This document shows, in pieces, positions 60,755 through 64,000 of a stretch of DNA of 64,000 nt. A program made the position numbers and the translations under genes. The notes under the pieces were generated by a model that saw nothing but the letters and a program-made list of their open reading frames with translations, had not been told where the DNA came from and ran no database searches. The stretch lies in NCBI GenBank assembly GCA_965219995.1, contig CBDCOX010000002.1:3968001-4032000 (forward strand). The letters run 5' to 3'. The stretch comes from Candidatus Latescibacterota bacterium. Lineage in GTDB: Bacteria; Latescibacterota; UBA2968; GCA-2709665. Positions within the stretch are counted from its first letter, which is position 1. Every line of letters starts with the position of its first letter.

Positions 60755-63700
60755 ATGTCCGAAACTCCGGGACGCAGTGCACGAAGGCGTAAGCAGGAGT
60801 CGTACGATATCGAGATCGTGAACAGGGAGATCCCCGAGCTCAAGGACCTCTGCCTGGAGACGGACCTGTCGAAGGACGTGCTGGTCGTCCCGCCGGAGGG
60901 TGAGAGCGGAGAGCGTATCGGCCGTAGAATCGCGCAGGTGCTGGGAGATGGGGCGGAGGTAAGGCCCGCGTCGGAGGTTGGCGAGAGCGATTGGGATTCC
61001 GCGCATATTGTGGCCGCGGGCAACGTGTTCAGCAACCGGGCGGTCCGGCGCCTGGGTATGAATTTCTACGCGTGGACCGACGAATACTATCCGGGCGGGG
61101 ACGGGTACGAAGTGAGAACGATACACAATCCCTTCGGGGCGGGAAAGAACGTGGTGCTGCTTGGGGGAAGCACGCCCGAAGGGGTCGAGCGGGCGGTGAG
61201 CGAATTCCTCGGGATCGTGGAAAGGGAGGGACCGCGCATCGGACGGATCAACCGGTCGGTATCGCGGCAGAACCCCGAGTCCTCCCCCACGGACGCCGAA
61301 GCGCGCAGGATTATCGATACCGTGAACGAGCAGGTGGCGCTTTCGGGAAGCCAGGGTCCGCTTCGCCGCATGGTGGACCACGCCATGCTGTATTATCTGT
61401 CCGGCGACGACGCCTGGGGCCGGATCTTCAGGGAGGAGTTCCTGTTCTTCATCGATCTCGCGCACGAGGTGGCCGACTGGTGCCTGTCGCAGGGGACCCA
61501 CCTCTACTTCTGGATCTACCGGATGCTGACGGCGTGGGATGTGATGGAGGAGGGGGAGGTGTTGAGCGACGCGGACCGGCTGAAGATGACGAACGCCATT
61601 TACAATATCATCCGGTGGACGTCCGAACTGACCCACTTCCGGTTCAAATCCGTGGACGACGTGGTCCAGAATCAGAACCACCAGAGCTTCGCCGCGCTGA
61701 GTCTTTTTACCGGGGCGAGGTACTTCAAGAAATATTACGGATTGACGGATTTCGACGAAAAGCTGCCCCTGGCGCACCGGACGCTGGAACTGCACGCCAG
61801 GTCGTACAAGCCTAACGACAACGCCGGTACCGGGTACGTGTGGATCACGCCCGGTCACCTGATCAAGTACGGGTTGATGACGGACGATCTATCGTACCTG
61901 GAAGACGGCCATCTCGCCCGCCTTCTGGACAGCGCGGTGCTGACCATCGACAGCCGGGGCGACGACTGCTCGTACGGCGACGTCGGCGCGTACCGGGCAT
62001 CCCGCGCCAGCCGCCCGAGCGGCTTGCAGACCGCGGCGATCGGCGCCTGGTTCTACAACGACGGGCGCTACCGGTGGCTTTACGACTGGATGGAGCAGGG
62101 GCAGGAGTGGAAGGATTCCTTCCAGCGGGACCGGAACTGGGGCATCGGCGGCTGGGAGGTGTACGACGGGTTCTTCTTCAAGGACGTTCCGCCCGTGGAG
62201 CCGGTGGAATTGCTCGGCGTGCGTGCTTCCATGCTCGATGCGGCCGCGCACGATTTTGCAAAGGACCGCGCCAGAAATACGGATCAGTACCACGGCGATC
62301 CCCTGCATGAATCGGACGTACCCCTCGCCGAGGCATTCGACAAGCTCGCGATCCGGCGCAGCTTCGACAGGCGCAGCGAATACCTGCTGATCGACGGCCC
62401 GACGGGGTTCTCACATTCCCAGGAGGACGGCAACTCGATCATCCGCCTGTGCTGGAACGACCGGATCTGGCTGGCGGACCTGGACTACATCCGCCGCCTC
62501 GCGAGATATCACAACACGGTCGTGATCGTGAAGGACGGGACCTGTTATTCCAAGCCGTCGCAGGTGGCACTCAGGGCGATCGGGGATTTTGAGGACTGGG
62601 GGTTCAGCCGGACGGTTTCCCCCGGGGACAACGGTACGGACTGGGCTCGCAATATCTTCTGGTGCAAGGGATCGTATTTCCTGGTGATTGATACTGTCGA
62701 CGCGCTCGAGCAGGGGGACTTTCACCTGGACGCCATCTGGCGGGTGCTCGGAAACGTGGTCGTCGAGGACAACGTGTTGAACCTGGAGCAGGACGGCGAG
62801 CGTTTCCACGTCGTGAACGCGGACGGTTCCGGGAAGACGCTGACGGACCGGGAGGCGGACTTCGCGCCGGACTGGGAGGCCAACTGGGAAAACTACGAAC
62901 ACGCCGACGGGACGGTTCGGATGTGGCACCAGAAGCAGCGGCTCACGCTGGGCGCCGGCGAGCAGGCCGCATTCGTCAATCTGTTGTATCCGTCCAATGC
63001 GGAAATGGACCAGGCGTTCGCCCTGGAGCGTGTGGGCCCGTCCGTCGCGCGGGTCCGGGACAGACGTTCCGGTGAGTCGCTGATGGCCGGGGTGGGGGCT
63101 TATGCGGCCGGGGACTTGCAGGTGGATGCGGAACTGTTCCGGATCGACGCCGGCGGATTCGCGCTGGTGGAGGGGACCTCGCTCGCGTGGGACGGCCCGC
63201 TGTTCAGGAGTTGGGCGCCGGTGTCGGTTGAATTGGATCTCGCGCGGGGAGAGGGGATTGTCGAGGCGCGCGCGGAAACCCGCGTGGGCGTCCGCGCGGA
63301 GTCGGTCCACGTGGACGGCGAACGGATGACCGGTGGAGGCGAGGGAAAGCTGCTCTGGTTCACGCTATCGGCCGGACGTCATCGTCTGCAGGTCTCCCCG
63401 TCAGGTGAGTCGGTTTTCAAGCGGTTGTTGGGAGACGCGGCTCCATACCGAGAGCCCGCCGTGAACGGTGGCCCCACGCCCGGTCCCGGTCCCGGGCTGG
63501 CGCCGCTGTGGTCCGTTCAGGCCGGCGCGGCGGTGACGGCGGCGGCCTCGGATGCATCGGGCGGCACGCTGGTCGGCACAGCCGCCGGCGACGTTCGCCT
63601 GCTTGGCGTCGACGGCGCCGAAAAATGGTCGTTCCGGGCGACGGGCGGGGTGCGCGCCGTTCACCTGGAGGATGTCGATGGAGACGGCGAATCCGAGGCG

Positions 63701-64000
63701 ATCGTCGGTACGCGCGACTGCTGGATGCACGTCCTGAATGTTGACGGCGACGTTCGCTGGGAGCACGAGTTTCCGCCCGGAAGCGGGATGCGGCCACAAC
63801 GGCTAACGACCCTGTCCACGGCCGACCTGGATGGAGACGGCCGACGCCAGATACTGGCCGGCGCGGAGGGGTGGCTGTTCCATGCGTTCGAGGCGGATGG
63901 AACGCTGAGGTGGCAGACCGAGACCCACTACCACTGCATTACCGGATGCCTGTCCGTGGACCTGGATGGCGACGGGCGGGACGAGATGCTGGTCGGCACG
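60755..64000 (+). CDS. Lyase-like plus beta-propeller protein (paralog 4), 3'-truncated by the window end; absent from the ORF track
   Basis: GAGG RBS then ATG at 60755. Manual translation gives 'ELKDLCLETDL', 'YPGGDGYEVRTIHNPFGAGKNVVLLGGS', 'WDVMEE..VLSDADRLK', 'QNHQ', 'SHSQEDGNSI', and ends in 'DLDGDGRDEMLVGT'. Confidence 0.75.
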   Translation, partial: MSETPGRSARRRKQESYDIEIVNREIPELKDLCLETDLSKDVLVVPPEGESGERIGRRIAQVLGDGAEVRPASEVGESDWDSAHIVAAGNVFSNRAVRRLGMNFYAWTDEYYPGGDGYEVRTIHNPFGAGKNVVLLGGSTPEGVERAVSEFLGIVEREGPRIGRINRSVSRQNPESSPTDAEARRIIDTVNEQVALSGSQGPLRRMVDHAMLYYLSGDDAWGRIFREEFLFFIDLAHEVADWCLSQGTHLYFWIYRMLTAWDVMEEGEVLSDADRLKMTNAIYNIIRWTSELTHFRFKSVDDVVQNQNHQSFAALSLFTGARYFKKYYGLTDFDEKLPLAHRTLELHARSYKPNDNAGTGYVWITPGHLIKYGLMTDDLSYLEDGHLARLLDSAVLTIDSRGDDCSYGDVGAYRASRASRPSGLQTAAIGAWFYNDGRYRWLYDWMEQGQEWKDSFQRDRNWGIGGWEVYDGFFFKDVPPVEPVELLGVRASMLDAAAHDFAKDRARNTDQYHGDPLHESDVPLAEAFDKLAIRRSFDRRSEYLLIDGPTGFSHSQEDGNSIIRLCWNDRIWLADLDYIRRLARYHNTVVIVKDGTCYSKPSQVALRAIGDFEDWGFSRTVSPGDNGTDWARNIFWCKGSYFLVIDTVDALEQGDFHLDAIWRVLGNVVVEDNVLNLEQDGERFHVVNADGSGKTLTDREADFAPDWEANWENYEHADGTVRMWHQKQRLTLGAGEQAAFVNLLYPSNAEMDQAFALERVGPSVARVRDRRSGESLMAGVGAYAAGDLQVDAELFRIDAGGFALVEGTSLAWDGPLFRSWAPVSVELDLARGEGIVEARAETRVGVRAESVHVDGERMTGGGEGKLLWFTLSAGRHRLQVSPSGESVFKRLLGDAAPYREPAVNGGPTPGPGPGLAPLWSVQAGAAVTAAASDASGGTLVGTAAGDVRLLGVDGAEKWSFRATGGVRAVHLEDVDGDGESEAIVGTRDCWMHVLNVDGDVRWEHEFPPGSGMRPQRLTTLSTADLDGDGRRQILAGAEGWLFHAFEADGTLRWQTETHYHCITGCLSVDLDGDGRDEMLVGT

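Noticed and set aside
60991-63799. Short ORFs listed by the track in the last 3 kb
   Set aside because: They are explained by one continuous + strand ORF from 60755 that has no stop inside the window and so was omitted from the track

Overview
GC-rich bacterial window with almost all genes on the + strand. Gene content (dockerin-like 'DFDG..VGFSDF' EF-hand modules, PorV-like protein with a CTD-bearing neighbour, GWxTD and CRTAC1 proteins, DUF6785-type membrane proteins) suggests Candidatus Latescibacterota or a related FCB-group lineage (inference). 1-10 kb is an envelope/secretion gene string. 10-64 kb is a large carbohydrate-catabolic region. It holds four heparinase II/III-like lyases, four paralogs of an uncharacterised ~1240-aa lyase-like/beta-propeller protein, four Gfo/Idh/MocA oxidoreductases, a BNR/sialidase-like protein and a PhyH dioxygenase. 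At its centre is an unusual membrane module: DUF6785-like / 1571-aa pseudo-M28-peptidase-FtsX fusion / DUF6785-like. A lower-GC minus-strand island (~45.8-51.9 kb) carries GntR, an S41 peptidase and an ECF sigma-DUF1080 fusion. A complete IS1380 (13-bp TIRs, TTAG target duplication) sits exactly on the -10 element of the sigma gene's putative promoter. Intergenic spacers carry a ~130-bp palindromic repeat (3 copies) and assorted REP-like hairpins. No rRNA, tRNA or CRISPR array was seen. All family assignments come from motif recognition by eye, not from database searches.
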